Below, piece by piece: positions 1-8,829 of a DNA stretch of 42,351 nt (position 1 is its first letter; every line of letters starts with the position of its first letter). Below the pieces are notes generated by a model that was given only the letters and a program-made list of their open reading frames with translations, did no database searches and was not told where the DNA came from. Position numbers and translations under genes: made by a program. Source of the DNA: Patescibacteria group bacterium (GTDB taxonomy: Bacteria > Patescibacteriota > Minisyncoccia > Phycocordibacterales > Phycocordibacteraceae). The stretch lies in the NCBI GenBank assembly GCA_040384705.1, contig JAZKIU010000001.1, positions 295,675 through 338,025 of the forward strand, in the 5' to 3' direction.

Positions 1-116
1 GTGCTAGCTGAAATCAGAACGCCACTCGCATGTCCCGTCAGAGCGGCCACAGGCGGTATCAAGTTACTGTCGATAGTGTATCAAGTCTGACTTAAAAAGT
101 ATGTATAGTACTGAAG

Positions 117-404
117 ATGCACCCTGAAAATCCACAGAAAGTCACCGAGGTGTTTGAGCGTCTCAAGAGAGAGACGGGGGATGACTGGGAAAAGATTAAG
201 GGAACGTTCTCCTTCGCACCGCACACGGTCTATAGAGAAACGGTTCGATATACGCCGATAAGCGACGTTAATCCACAGCCGTTCTATCAGTATAAAAAGT
301 CACTAAAAGAAGAGTCCGAGCGCGAATACCCAATCGCGGTGAAACTCTTCCGAAACACTAGGACGGAGGAAATACGTACGATATTAGCGTCTTCGCTCGT
401 ATAA
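117..404 (+). CDS. hypothetical protein (95 aa), lower-GC segment
   Basis: ORF with a -10-like TATAGT (105-110) 6 nt before ATG; no recognisable family. Confidence 0.5.
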   Translation: MHPENPQKVTEVFERLKRETGDDWEKIKGTFSFAPHTVYRETVRYTPISDVNPQPFYQYKKSLKEESEREYPIAVKLFRNTRTEEIRTILASSLV

Positions 405-509
405 ATGGCATATTCAGTTTTCAAAGCTTAATTTACTTTCACTTCCCGTATCATTTTCTACTGAAGATGGTGCAGGATTCGGACCGTTAGAGATTGGTAT
501 AATCCAGTA

Positions 510-872
510 ATGGCGCGAAGAACCAGCAGGAAGAAGCAGGCAGGGCAGTACGCGCTCGCGGTAGTGCTCGCGCTCTCTATCCTGTGGTTCAGTTGGCTCG
601 TGTTCGGTATCGCTCGCAAGGAGGAGATAGCTCGCAAGGCAGTCGCTGAGACCAAGGCGGAGCTCGCAGCGCTCAAGGACCGCGAGGCGGTGCTCTCGGC
701 TAACATGGCCGAGCTTTCGACCGATAGGGGCCAGGAGGCAACGCTGCGCCAGACGTATGGCGTTGCGAAGCCCGGCGAAGAGGTTATCATCGTCGTACCT
801 CCGGAAGAGGAGGTGGAGAAGGTGGAGCTGCCTTGGTATAAGAAGTTCCTCGGCTGGTTCGGTATTTGGTAG
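510..872 (+). CDS. septum formation initiator family protein (FtsB/DivIC-like)
   Basis: Basic N-tail, one TM helix, coiled coil, then 'LRQTYGVAKPGEEVIIVV', typical of the DivIC/FtsB C-terminal motif. Confidence 0.8.
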   Translation: MARRTSRKKQAGQYALAVVLALSILWFSWLVFGIARKEEIARKAVAETKAELAALKDREAVLSANMAELSTDRGQEATLRQTYGVAKPGEEVIIVVPPEEEVEKVELPWYKKFLGWFGIW

Positions 873-876
873 ACAC

Positions 877-947
877 GCGGGTATCGTTCAGTGGTAGGAC
901 GCGACCTTCCCAAGGTTGAGATCGGAGTTCGATTCTCCGTACCCGCA
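877..947 (+). tRNA. tRNA-Gly(CCC)
   Basis: GCGGGTA/TACCCGC acceptor stem, anticodon loop TT-CCC-AA, T-loop TTCGATT; CCA not encoded. Confidence 0.95.
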
Positions 948-999
948 CATTGTCCCCAGGCATGAAATGATATAATGCCCCCACAAGTAAGAAACAATC

Positions 1000-1257
1000 A
1001 TGGATAAGCAAGTCACTATTTATACGACCCCAACCTGCCACTTCTGCCAGATGAGCAAGGAGTTCTTCAAGGAGAACAATGTTCCGTACACGGAGCACAA
1101 CGTCGCTGCTGATATGGAGAAGCGCCAGGAGATGATAGATAAGAGCGGCCAGATGGGCGTGCCGGTCATCTATGTGGGCGACGAGATGATCATCGGCTTC
1201 GACAAGAAGCGCCTCATGGAGACGCTCGGTCTCGGAGAGTCAGCACCTGCTGCTTAA
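1000..1257 (+). CDS. glutaredoxin-like protein (NrdH/YruB family)
   Basis: YTTPTCHFC CxxC motif, SGQMGVPVI, IIGFD. Confidence 0.9.
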   Translation: MDKQVTIYTTPTCHFCQMSKEFFKENNVPYTEHNVAADMEKRQEMIDKSGQMGVPVIYVGDEMIIGFDKKRLMETLGLGESAPAA

Positions 1258-1265
1258 CCCCTTTT

Positions 1266-1303
1266 CACAAAACCCCGCGGCTCAACTGCCGCGGGGTTTT
1301 GTG
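1266..1303. terminator. intrinsic terminator
   Basis: cacaaaaccccgcggc / gccgcggggttttgtg inverted repeat. Confidence 0.8.
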
Positions 1304-1318
1304 CTAGTCTCCAAATAC

Positions 1319-1390
1319 GCCCTCGTAGTTCAATGGATAGAACGTCTCACTCCTAACGAGATAATGTAGGTTCGATTCCTGCCGAGGGCA
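1319..1390 (+). tRNA. tRNA-Arg(CCT)
   Basis: GCCCTCG/CGAGGGC acceptor stem, loop CT-CCT-AA, GGTTCGATTCC; A31-C39 mismatch. Confidence 0.93.
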
Positions 1391-1409
1391 CAGATGCTAG
1401 AATATCCCC

Positions 1410-1709
1410 ATGAATGAAGACGGAGAACTGAAGAAGCTGCTCGAAGAGAACCTCGCAGTAGCGAAGGAGAACAACCAGCTCCTGAAGCTTATCCGGCGCG
1501 ACGCGGTGATAAGCCTCGCGGTGAAAATAGTCCTCTACCTCCTTCTCCTCGGCGTCCCGCTTTTCTTCCTCTCCACCTATCTCGGCCCCCTCCTTGCAGG
1601 CGTCCAGAACGGCACCAGTACCGCCCCAACGAGCCTTTTCGGCATTCCCTCGCCTGACGAAGCCAAGAAGCTCATGGACGAATATAAGGCGATATACGAG
1701 GGTTCCTAA
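1410..1709 (+). CDS. hypothetical membrane protein (short coiled coil + TM)
   Basis: Clean ORF with TGCTAGAAT 6 nt upstream; amphipathic N-terminus then hydrophobic helix. Confidence 0.75.
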   Translation: MNEDGELKKLLEENLAVAKENNQLLKLIRRDAVISLAVKIVLYLLLLGVPLFFLSTYLGPLLAGVQNGTSTAPTSLFGIPSPDEAKKLMDEYKAIYEGS

Positions 1710-1749
1710 GGGTGAAAAGGCCCTAGCGATGTGTTAGGATGGCCTCACT

Positions 1750-1822
1750 GCTTGGATAGCTCAGTTGGTAGAGCACGCCCCTGAAGAGGGCGGGGTCGGC
1801 GGTTCGAGCCCGCCTCCAAGCA
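1750..1822 (+). tRNA. tRNA-Phe(GAA)
   Basis: GCTTGGA/TCCAAGC stem, loop CT-GAA-GA (G37), GGTTCGAGCC. Confidence 0.95.
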
Positions 1823-1855
1823 CATTTTGTTCCAGTGACGGAGTATCATAGGAGT

Positions 1856-2935
1856 ATGCGTAGGCTCCTCGCGTGGGCGCAGAAGAATGAACGCCATCTT
1901 GGCGGTATCGTCTTCGTGGCCGGTTTCGTCACCGATCTCCTCACCTTCACGCTCCTCGACGTTGCGTTCGTGAACTTGTTCTTCATCGCGTACCTGACCC
2001 TCGCTGCGGTCTGTACGTTCGGGAGCCACATCCTGTTCGCGAGAAGGAGAGAGGGACAATCCCCTTGGGAACAAGGGCTCGCCGTCCTGTTCACGCTCGG
2101 CGGGCAGTACGCCATCGGCGGTATTCTTTCAGGCTGCCTCATTTTCTATACCAAGAGCGCGGTGCTTTCCGTATCCTGGCCGTTCATCATCTTGCTTGCG
2201 CTCGTGTTCATAGGGAATGAGTATTTCCGTAAGTATCGGGAGCATCTCATATTCCAGACCGTACTCTTCTTCTTCGCGCTCTACGCGTACGCCATCTTCG
2301 CACTCCCTATCTACCTGCACGTCATCGGGCCGTGGACCTTCGTCGGCAGCACGCTCGCTGCGGTAGCGCTATTCGCAGGATTCCTCTATCTCCTCTGGAG
2401 GACCGGTGCTGCACGCCTCTCCGAGAGCATTCGTCCGGTAATACTGTCCGCGGTGGGTATCGTGCTCGTGGTATCAGGCGCGTACGCCACCGGTGTCGTG
2501 CCTCCCATCCCGCTCACGCTAAAAGAAGGAGGTATATATCACGGCCTCACGAGAAGCGGCATGAACTATGTCCTCAAGGCCGAAGAAGTGCCGCCTTGGT
2601 GGGATATTCGCCCTGCCACCGTGCATCTCACGGCTGGCAGTACCGCATACGCCTACGGAGCCGTATTCGCTCCTATACGCTTCTCGACCTCGGTCGTGCA
2701 TCACTGGGAACGGTATGACACTAAGGCGAAGAAATGGGTGGACGAAGGGCACATATCCTTCCCGATATCAGGCGGTCGCGCGGAAGGGTATCGAGGATAC
2801 TCCCTGAAGGAGAACCTAAGTCCAGGGAAGTGGCGCGTATCGGTGGAGACGCTCCAGGGCCAGACCATAGGGCGCATACCGTTCACGGTGGAGCGAGTCA
2901 CTCAACTGCCGTCGCTCCACGAAGAGATACGATAA
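1856..2935 (+). CDS. DUF2914-like domain membrane protein
   Basis: Multiple N-terminal TM helices; C-terminal 'AVFAP...HHW...GGRAEGYRGYS.K..L.PGKWRVSVET' typical of DUF2914; start placed at ATG 1856. Confidence 0.8.
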   Translation: MRRLLAWAQKNERHLGGIVFVAGFVTDLLTFTLLDVAFVNLFFIAYLTLAAVCTFGSHILFARRREGQSPWEQGLAVLFTLGGQYAIGGILSGCLIFYTKSAVLSVSWPFIILLALVFIGNEYFRKYREHLIFQTVLFFFALYAYAIFALPIYLHVIGPWTFVGSTLAAVALFAGFLYLLWRTGAARLSESIRPVILSAVGIVLVVSGAYATGVVPPIPLTLKEGGIYHGLTRSGMNYVLKAEEVPPWWDIRPATVHLTAGSTAYAYGAVFAPIRFSTSVVHHWERYDTKAKKWVDEGHISFPISGGRAEGYRGYSLKENLSPGKWRVSVETLQGQTIGRIPFTVERVTQLPSLHEEIR

Positions 2936-2969
2936 AGAACAAAACCGCTCAAGGCGGTTTTGTTCTTTA
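2933..2969. terminator. bidirectional intrinsic terminator
   Basis: taaagaacaaaaccgc / gcggttttgttcttta between convergent genes. Confidence 0.85.
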
Positions 2970-2972
2970 CGC

Positions 2973-3470
2973 TTACGTCGTCTTAACTTTCAGCTTAGTC
3001 TGCCGCGTCTTATCCAGCTTCGGAAGGATGATGGTGAGAAGGCCATCCTTGGCGCCTGCGGATGCCATATCGACATCAATCTCCTGCGGAAGGAGGATGG
3101 TGCGGGAGAACGAGCCCCAGAAGAGCTCACGGGTGAAGTAGTCGGAGTCGGCGAGCTGGTCGCGCTCGTCGCGGGATCCTTCGACGACGACCATGTCACG
3201 GCTTATGGAAACGTTGAGGTCGTCCGGACGCACGCCCGCGACGAACGTGCGGATGACTATCTCGTTCAGTGTGTGATACACATCGACAGGGAGCTGACCC
3301 TCGCTCTCTTCCTCTACGATAGGCTGCGGCATGGGTGCAGGAGCTTGCTGGCGCGCGGACGAGGGCTGCATGGAACGCGCTGGAGCGCGCACCGGAACAT
3401 CGTCGTCGTAATCGTAGTCGTCGAGCGGTACGGTGCCCGCGAGTCGATCGAAGATGGAGCGTTTTTTCAT
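2973..3470 (-). CDS. Hsp20/alpha-crystallin small heat shock protein
   Basis: LPVDVY...AGV...ELFWGSFSRTILLP...AKDGLLTIILPK. Confidence 0.92.
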   Translation of the reverse strand: MKKRSIFDRLAGTVPLDDYDYDDDVPVRAPARSMQPSSARQQAPAPMPQPIVEEESEGQLPVDVYHTLNEIVIRTFVAGVRPDDLNVSISRDMVVVEGSRDERDQLADSDYFTRELFWGSFSRTILLPQEIDVDMASAGAKDGLLTIILPKLDKTRQTKLKVKTT

Positions 3471-3474
3471 ACGA

Positions 3475-4233
3475 TTAGCAGGTGTTCGTTGGTAAGCGTT
3501 TGTAGCGTGAGTAACGGAGTATCTCGAAGAGCCCGAGTCCGACCACGGCGCCGAGCCACACCAGCAAGAAAGCGAGCAGGGTGTGCGAAGCGGTCTCTCT
3601 GATTATAAGGAAATTGAAAATGGCATGCAATGCGATGGCAAGGATAAGTCCGAGCGCGACCGCAAGCGGGCGCACATGACGGCGCTTCCTGTACGCGAGC
3701 GCCATCGCGAACCCGACCGTTGCCGACGCTATGACATGCAGCAGGGTGGCGCCGATGAAGCGGAGGTTGTTCGCGAGCACGGTCTGCATCACATCGCCGT
3801 TGGCGAGTGGCGCCACGAGGAAGAGCGCATTCTCGAGCGCCGCGAATCCGAGCGCGACGCAGATCATGTAGATGATGAGATCGATGGGCTCATCGACCTG
3901 CTTGCGCCAGAGGATGAGGAGCGCCGCGAGCACGAACTTCACCGTCTCCTCGATGGTCGCCCACGCGATGATGACCGGCAGCTCGATGGAGGTACTGAGC
4001 GCGAAGCGATCGAATAGGGGCCCGATGGACGAGAGCGTTGGGAGCACCGCGCGCGCGAAATGCTCGAGCGGAAGCACGATGGGGACCGCAAGCATGCCGG
4101 CGAACATCGCGAAGATGATGAGCGGACGCGGCTCGGGGCAGCGTGCATCCTCCTTAAGCAGGAAATGGAGCCACACCAGCGCGGGAAGTATCCCGCCGAG
4201 GAACGCGTAGAGCGCTATCTCAAGTGTTGGCAT
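3475..4233 (-). CDS. prsW: PrsW family intramembrane metalloprotease
   Basis: IEETVK, GFAALEN, LLH and LHAIFN motifs; multi-TM. Confidence 0.9.
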   Translation of the reverse strand: MPTLEIALYAFLGGILPALVWLHFLLKEDARCPEPRPLIIFAMFAGMLAVPIVLPLEHFARAVLPTLSSIGPLFDRFALSTSIELPVIIAWATIEETVKFVLAALLILWRKQVDEPIDLIIYMICVALGFAALENALFLVAPLANGDVMQTVLANNLRFIGATLLHVIASATVGFAMALAYRKRRHVRPLAVALGLILAIALHAIFNFLIIRETASHTLLAFLLVWLGAVVGLGLFEILRYSRYKRLPTNTC

Positions 4234-6355
4234 GCGATGAAGTCTTAGAAGGCCAGGGCGTAGTCATGAGGTACCCTGTGCTCTCAGGTATATTCTGCCA
4301 TATCTCCTCCGTTACGAACGGCATCATCGGGTGAAGGAGCGGAAGGAGGGTAGTAAGGAGTGAACGCAGGGTAGCTTTCCTCGCGGCCGCGACCTCAACA
4401 TCCTCCGCGAAGATGAGCGGCTTCGATTCCTCGAGTATCTCGTCGGCGAGGCGGTGCCATGCGTAATGGTAGAGCTTCTCGGCAGCGAGGTGCACACGAT
4501 AGTTCTCGAGGTCGAGCGTGACATCGTCCGCGAGCACTGCGAGCTCCGCAATGAGCGCCTCGTCCGCTTCGGTACGAGTAGCAGCTAGGTCCGCATCCTG
4601 CGTGTTCTCGAGGATGAAGCGTGCGATGTTCCAGAGCTTGTTAGCGAAATGCTTGTATCCCTTGACCTTGTCCTCGCGCAGCGCAAGATCGGTGCCAGGC
4701 GTATTGCCCACCACGAGCGCCATGCGCAGTGCGTCGGTGCCGTACTTATCCGTAAGGGTGAGCGGATTGATGACATTCCCCTTCGACTTGCTCATCTTCT
4801 TGCCGTTCGCATCGTTCACGAGCCCGTGGAGATAGACGGTGGGGAACGGCACCTGGTCGGTGAGATAGAGTCCGAAGATTATCATGCGGGCGACCCAGAA
4901 GAATATGATGTCGCGCCCTGTCTCCATGACGGCGGTAGGGTAGTAGGTAGGGAAGTCGTCACCATCTGGGTATCCGGTCGTGAGGAGCGGCCACTGGCCC
5001 GAGGAGAACCAGGTGTCGAAGGTGTCAGTGTCTTGCTCCCATCCCTCGCCCGGGCTTTCAAGCGATGCGACCGATTCCCCATCCTTGAACCAAGCAGGTA
5101 TAGGGATGCCCCAGACTATCTGGCGGCTGATGTTCCAGTCGAGCGTGTTCTCCATCCAATGACGGAATATCTTCTCTTCGTGCTCGGGGAAGAAACGCAC
5201 GTCGCCCTTATTCACGGCGGTTACCGCCATGTTCGCGAGCGGCGCCATAGAAACGAACCACTGATCCTTCACCTGCGGTTCTATCATCGACTGGCACTTG
5301 TAGCATTTCTTCACGACGTTCTTATAGGAATCATCTACCGAGACAAGAAGGCCCTTCTCCTTGAGCTTCTCGACTATCTTCCCGCGCGCCTCCGCTATCT
5401 TCATGCCCTCGAACTCGCCCGCGATGGGAAGGAGCTTGCCGCGCCAATCGATAATTTGCTCCATGTCGAGGCCATGTCGCTTCGCTATCTCGAAGTCTAT
5501 CTGCGAGTGCCAGGGCGTAATGGTCATGGCGCCGGTGCCGAACTCCATCTCGACCGCGTTATCCTTGATGACCGTTGCAGTTATCGGGCCGTTTATCCAC
5601 TCGAGCTCGAGCGTCTGCCCGTGCTTGTACTCGGCATAGCGAGTATCGTCTGGATGCATCACCACGTACTTATCACCGAACTTGGTCTCCGGACGCACTG
5701 TGCCTATATCGAAAGGACCGTATTTAAAGGTATAGAACGGGCTTGTCTCCTCCACGGAGTCGGTCTCGATATCAGAAAGGGAGGTCTGATGCTTCGGGCA
5801 CCAGTTCACGGTGCGTGCACCGCGGTATACGAGGCCGTCCTCGAACATCTTCACGAATGTCTTCTGCACCTTCGTAACGAGCTCGGGGTCGAGCGTGAAC
5901 TTCTCGCGCGACCAGTCGCATGAGGCACCAAGAGAGCGCACCTGGTTCTGCATCGTCGCCTTGTTCGCGAGCGTGAAGGCGAGTATCTCCGCATACAGCT
6001 CCTTCGGCTCCATGCCGAAGCGGGAGCGCCCCTCCTTCTCGAGCTTCTTCTCGTACACCACCTGGGTCTCGAAGCCTGCGTGGTCGGCGCCCGGTATCCA
6101 GAGCGCGCGATATCCCTGCATGCGCTTCATGCGGGTGAATATATCCTGGAGCGTGACGCCGAGCGCGTGGCCGGCATGGAGGTCACCGTTGGCGTTCGGG
6201 GGCGGCATGACGACGGTATACGGCTTGCCCTCCATCTGCGCGAGGAGCTCTGCTGGCAGGTTGTCCGGGTTGAAATACCCGCTCTCCTCCCACATCGCGT
6301 AGATGCCGGGCTCGGTAGCGGACGAATCGTATGGCTTGAGGAATTTCTCGTGCAT
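4220..6355 (-). CDS. valS: valine--tRNA ligase (short form lacking C-terminal coiled coil)
   Basis: PPPNANGDLHAGH (HIGH), DHAGFETQ, WNISRQIVWG, DTWFSS, KMSKS. Confidence 0.97.
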   Translation of the reverse strand: MHEKFLKPYDSSATEPGIYAMWEESGYFNPDNLPAELLAQMEGKPYTVVMPPPNANGDLHAGHALGVTLQDIFTRMKRMQGYRALWIPGADHAGFETQVVYEKKLEKEGRSRFGMEPKELYAEILAFTLANKATMQNQVRSLGASCDWSREKFTLDPELVTKVQKTFVKMFEDGLVYRGARTVNWCPKHQTSLSDIETDSVEETSPFYTFKYGPFDIGTVRPETKFGDKYVVMHPDDTRYAEYKHGQTLELEWINGPITATVIKDNAVEMEFGTGAMTITPWHSQIDFEIAKRHGLDMEQIIDWRGKLLPIAGEFEGMKIAEARGKIVEKLKEKGLLVSVDDSYKNVVKKCYKCQSMIEPQVKDQWFVSMAPLANMAVTAVNKGDVRFFPEHEEKIFRHWMENTLDWNISRQIVWGIPIPAWFKDGESVASLESPGEGWEQDTDTFDTWFSSGQWPLLTTGYPDGDDFPTYYPTAVMETGRDIIFFWVARMIIFGLYLTDQVPFPTVYLHGLVNDANGKKMSKSKGNVINPLTLTDKYGTDALRMALVVGNTPGTDLALREDKVKGYKHFANKLWNIARFILENTQDADLAATRTEADEALIAELAVLADDVTLDLENYRVHLAAEKLYHYAWHRLADEILEESKPLIFAEDVEVAAARKATLRSLLTTLLPLLHPMMPFVTEEIWQNIPESTGYLMTTPWPSKTSSHANT

Positions 6356-6406
6356 TATTACCCGACTATAGCAGAAACGTGGCGTAATTTCTCGCCCGGG
6401 CGCCCC

Positions 6407-7585
6407 TTAGGCCAAAGAAAGATTGCCGTTGGCCTCGAGCGTTCCTATATCAGCGCGTGACCCGCTCTGGTACCTGAAATACCCCGCCATGCCTATCATG
6501 ATGGCGTTATCGGTCGTGAGCTCCCTCGGAGGGATGCGGAGCATGACCTCGGGATGCTCCGCGAACACCCGTTCCTCAAACACTCGCTTTATGTGGACAT
6601 TCCCAGATACACCTCCTCCTATTACGAGCGTCCTCGCGGCAGTCTCCACGAGCGCACGCGATGTCTTGCTCCAGAGCACGTCCGCGACCGCATCCTCGAA
6701 CTCGCGCGCCATGGCCTGCTTCTGCTCGTCCGTTATGCCTTCTATCTTCTTGAGCTGATACATGACCGCGGTCTTGAGTCCGGAGAACGAGAAGTCGCAC
6801 GTATCGTCGTTCATCATCGGGCGCGGGAAGGGAAGCGAATGCTTCACTCCGTCATTCGTACGCGCTTCTTCTGCGAGCTTCGATATCTGAGGGCCGCCAG
6901 GGTACGGGAGGTCGAGCATACGTGCAACCTTATCGAATGCCTCTCCCACCGCGTCATCGCGCGTATCGCCGACTATCTCGTACGTGAACCATTTCTTCAT
7001 AGCGACAAGCTGCGTGTGACCTCCTGATATAAGGAGACCGACGACGGGAAGGGAAACGTTATCTATGGAAAGCGCCTCGCCGTCGCTTCGTGCGAGCGCG
7101 GAAAGGAGGTGGCCCTCCATGTGATTCACACCCACGAGCGGCTTGTCCCATGCGAGTGCGAGCGCCTTCGCGAAGTTCACCCCTACCCAAAGCGCGGGAG
7201 CGAGCCCTGGCCCGTGCGTCACCGCTATCGCATCTATGCCCGGCACCTCGCATTCATCGAGGAAGGCGAGAAGCGCTTCGCCGAGCCCCGGCTCGTGCTC
7301 GAGGAGAACGGCGAGCCGCTCCCGTAGCTCGTCCGGAATCGCTTGCTTGTCCTCATGCAGGAGCTCGGCCTCTTCGAGCGCTGACGAGAGTATTGGAACG
7401 AGATTCTTCGCATGCTCGCGCTTGGCAAGCATGGGGAACACCCCGCCGTATTCCTTATGTATATCTATCTGCGACAGGAGCGTATTCCCGAGCACCGTGA
7501 AGCGCGCGCCCGTCTCGTCACCTTCGCACTCGAGTATCGCTATCGCGGTCTCGTCGCAGCTAGTCTCAATCGCGAGGAGCTTCAT
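6407..7585 (-). CDS. tsaD: tRNA N6-threonylcarbamoyltransferase TsaD
   Basis: LAIETSCDET, GPGL, NHMEGH, SGGHT, DDAVGEAFDK, FSFSGLKTA, DNAIMIG; start set at MKLLAIE. Confidence 0.96.
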   Translation of the reverse strand: MKLLAIETSCDETAIAILECEGDETGARFTVLGNTLLSQIDIHKEYGGVFPMLAKREHAKNLVPILSSALEEAELLHEDKQAIPDELRERLAVLLEHEPGLGEALLAFLDECEVPGIDAIAVTHGPGLAPALWVGVNFAKALALAWDKPLVGVNHMEGHLLSALARSDGEALSIDNVSLPVVGLLISGGHTQLVAMKKWFTYEIVGDTRDDAVGEAFDKVARMLDLPYPGGPQISKLAEEARTNDGVKHSLPFPRPMMNDDTCDFSFSGLKTAVMYQLKKIEGITDEQKQAMAREFEDAVADVLWSKTSRALVETAARTLVIGGGVSGNVHIKRVFEERVFAEHPEVMLRIPPRELTTDNAIMIGMAGYFRYQSGSRADIGTLEANGNLSLA

Positions 7586-8426
7586 CTTTAGGTACTTTGG
7601 TCCACGGAACAGGGGTGCCGGCAGGGATAGCGAAGCCTGCGGACGAGGTGTGGCCGTTACCACCGTACTTCTCCGCGATAGCCGCGACGTCTATGGAGCC
7701 GTCACCGCGTATGGATACGCCGTACCCCTTGGGATGTGCGGATACTACGAGCGCGAAAGGTCCGTGCTTCTTCGCAAGCAGGTTGCCCACGAGGGACTTC
7801 AGCGGCTTGAGTGGGTGCGCGGTAGCGAAATACACCTGGTGACCCTCGAACTCCACGAGATCGGCCTTCTCAACCGCGAGATTTGCGAGATGCTCGAAGT
7901 ATTCGGCATATATATTCGCGCGTACGAGCACATGCGTACGGGTGGAAACATCCTCGAGCTCCGCGACGATGGCGTTCCAGCTCTCGAAGGTATAGGGCTG
8001 GATGGTGAGGTAGCACAAGACAGCGCGCGTCTCCGCGAGCGCGAAGCGGAAAAGGTCGTCGTCCTCGACGTACTGCAGGAGGAGCGGGGTAAGGGTTTCC
8101 GGGTGGAAATACTCCCACGCGATAGTCGCTCCTGAGTGATCGTTGGTATACCGGTATTCAGGCATCGATTCGACCACTTCGCGCACGCCCTCGTGGTGAT
8201 CGAGCACGGTCACGCTTGCGGCTGATGCTACGAACGCATCCATGATGTCCTTCGGGTACGTGAAGTCTATGAAATAAAGGTGCGCGCCCGCGAAGTCAGT
8301 AGCGGGAGGTGCATCACGGTGCAGGGGAATGTATTCAGCCGTGTCGCCGAACTTCTTCCAGGCGGCATACGCTCCGCCGAACCCGTCGGGGCAGCTGCCG
8401 TGATACAGGACTATCGTGCGTTCCAT
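7566..8426 (-). CDS. DHH/DHHA1 family phosphoesterase
   Basis: YHGSCPDG, DF, LDHH, SGA, DxD, S-x-R and GGNGH motifs. Confidence 0.9.
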   Translation of the reverse strand: MERTIVLYHGSCPDGFGGAYAAWKKFGDTAEYIPLHRDAPPATDFAGAHLYFIDFTYPKDIMDAFVASAASVTVLDHHEGVREVVESMPEYRYTNDHSGATIAWEYFHPETLTPLLLQYVEDDDLFRFALAETRAVLCYLTIQPYTFESWNAIVAELEDVSTRTHVLVRANIYAEYFEHLANLAVEKADLVEFEGHQVYFATAHPLKPLKSLVGNLLAKKHGPFALVVSAHPKGYGVSIRGDGSIDVAAIAEKYGGNGHTSSAGFAIPAGTPVPWTKVPKDEAPRD

Positions 8427-8473
8427 ATATAGGTTTATAGCGTATTTAGAAGGAGAACGCGAAGCCGCCGTTA

Positions 8474-8608
8474 CTAACGGCGGCCGGGCGCATTCCTAGA
8501 TCTGAATTCGTGGATGACCCGTATGCCGATGACGACTACGAACATTCCTACAAAGGTCCCCGCGACAGCCATGTGATCATTCATGAAGCTATCGATCATC
8601 TTTCCCAT
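8474..8608 (-). CDS. small single-TM protein (44 aa), not in ORF track
   Basis: MGKMIDSFMNDHMAVAGTFVGMFVVVIGIRVIHEFRSRNAPGRR*; GGGAG RBS upstream; hairpin 8464-8484 overlaps the stop. Confidence 0.6.
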   Translation of the reverse strand: MGKMIDSFMNDHMAVAGTFVGMFVVVIGIRVIHEFRSRNAPGRR

Positions 8609-8702
8609 AGTGATGCGCTCCCTGATTCTGTGGCGACGAATGCGCCATCTCCATGCATAAGCGTATCACCAGCAGAACCAGCTATCTCGACTTATCCAAG
8701 TG

Positions 8703-8776
8703 TGCGCGGTGAGGAATTCGAATCCCCGGCCTACCCCACGTCAAGGGGTCGCTCTAACCAGCTGAGCTAACCGCGC
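8703..8776 (-). tRNA. tRNA-Val(GAC)
   Basis: GCGCGGT/ACCGCGC stem, loop TT-GAC-GT, TTCGAAT. Confidence 0.95.
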
Positions 8777-8829
8777 ATGGCGAACGTTCGCAGAATACCG
8801 TGTTTGGGTTGAGGATTCAACCAGCATCG

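Noticed and set aside
4649-5923. 424-aa plus-strand ORF, and similar long antisense ORFs (7143-8135, 20363-21466, 24241-25233, 28306-30312, 29184-30614)
   Set aside because: They lie antisense to well-supported genes (valS, tsaD/DHH, HisRS-like, rpsA, gyrA); expected shadows of high GC3, with no motifs
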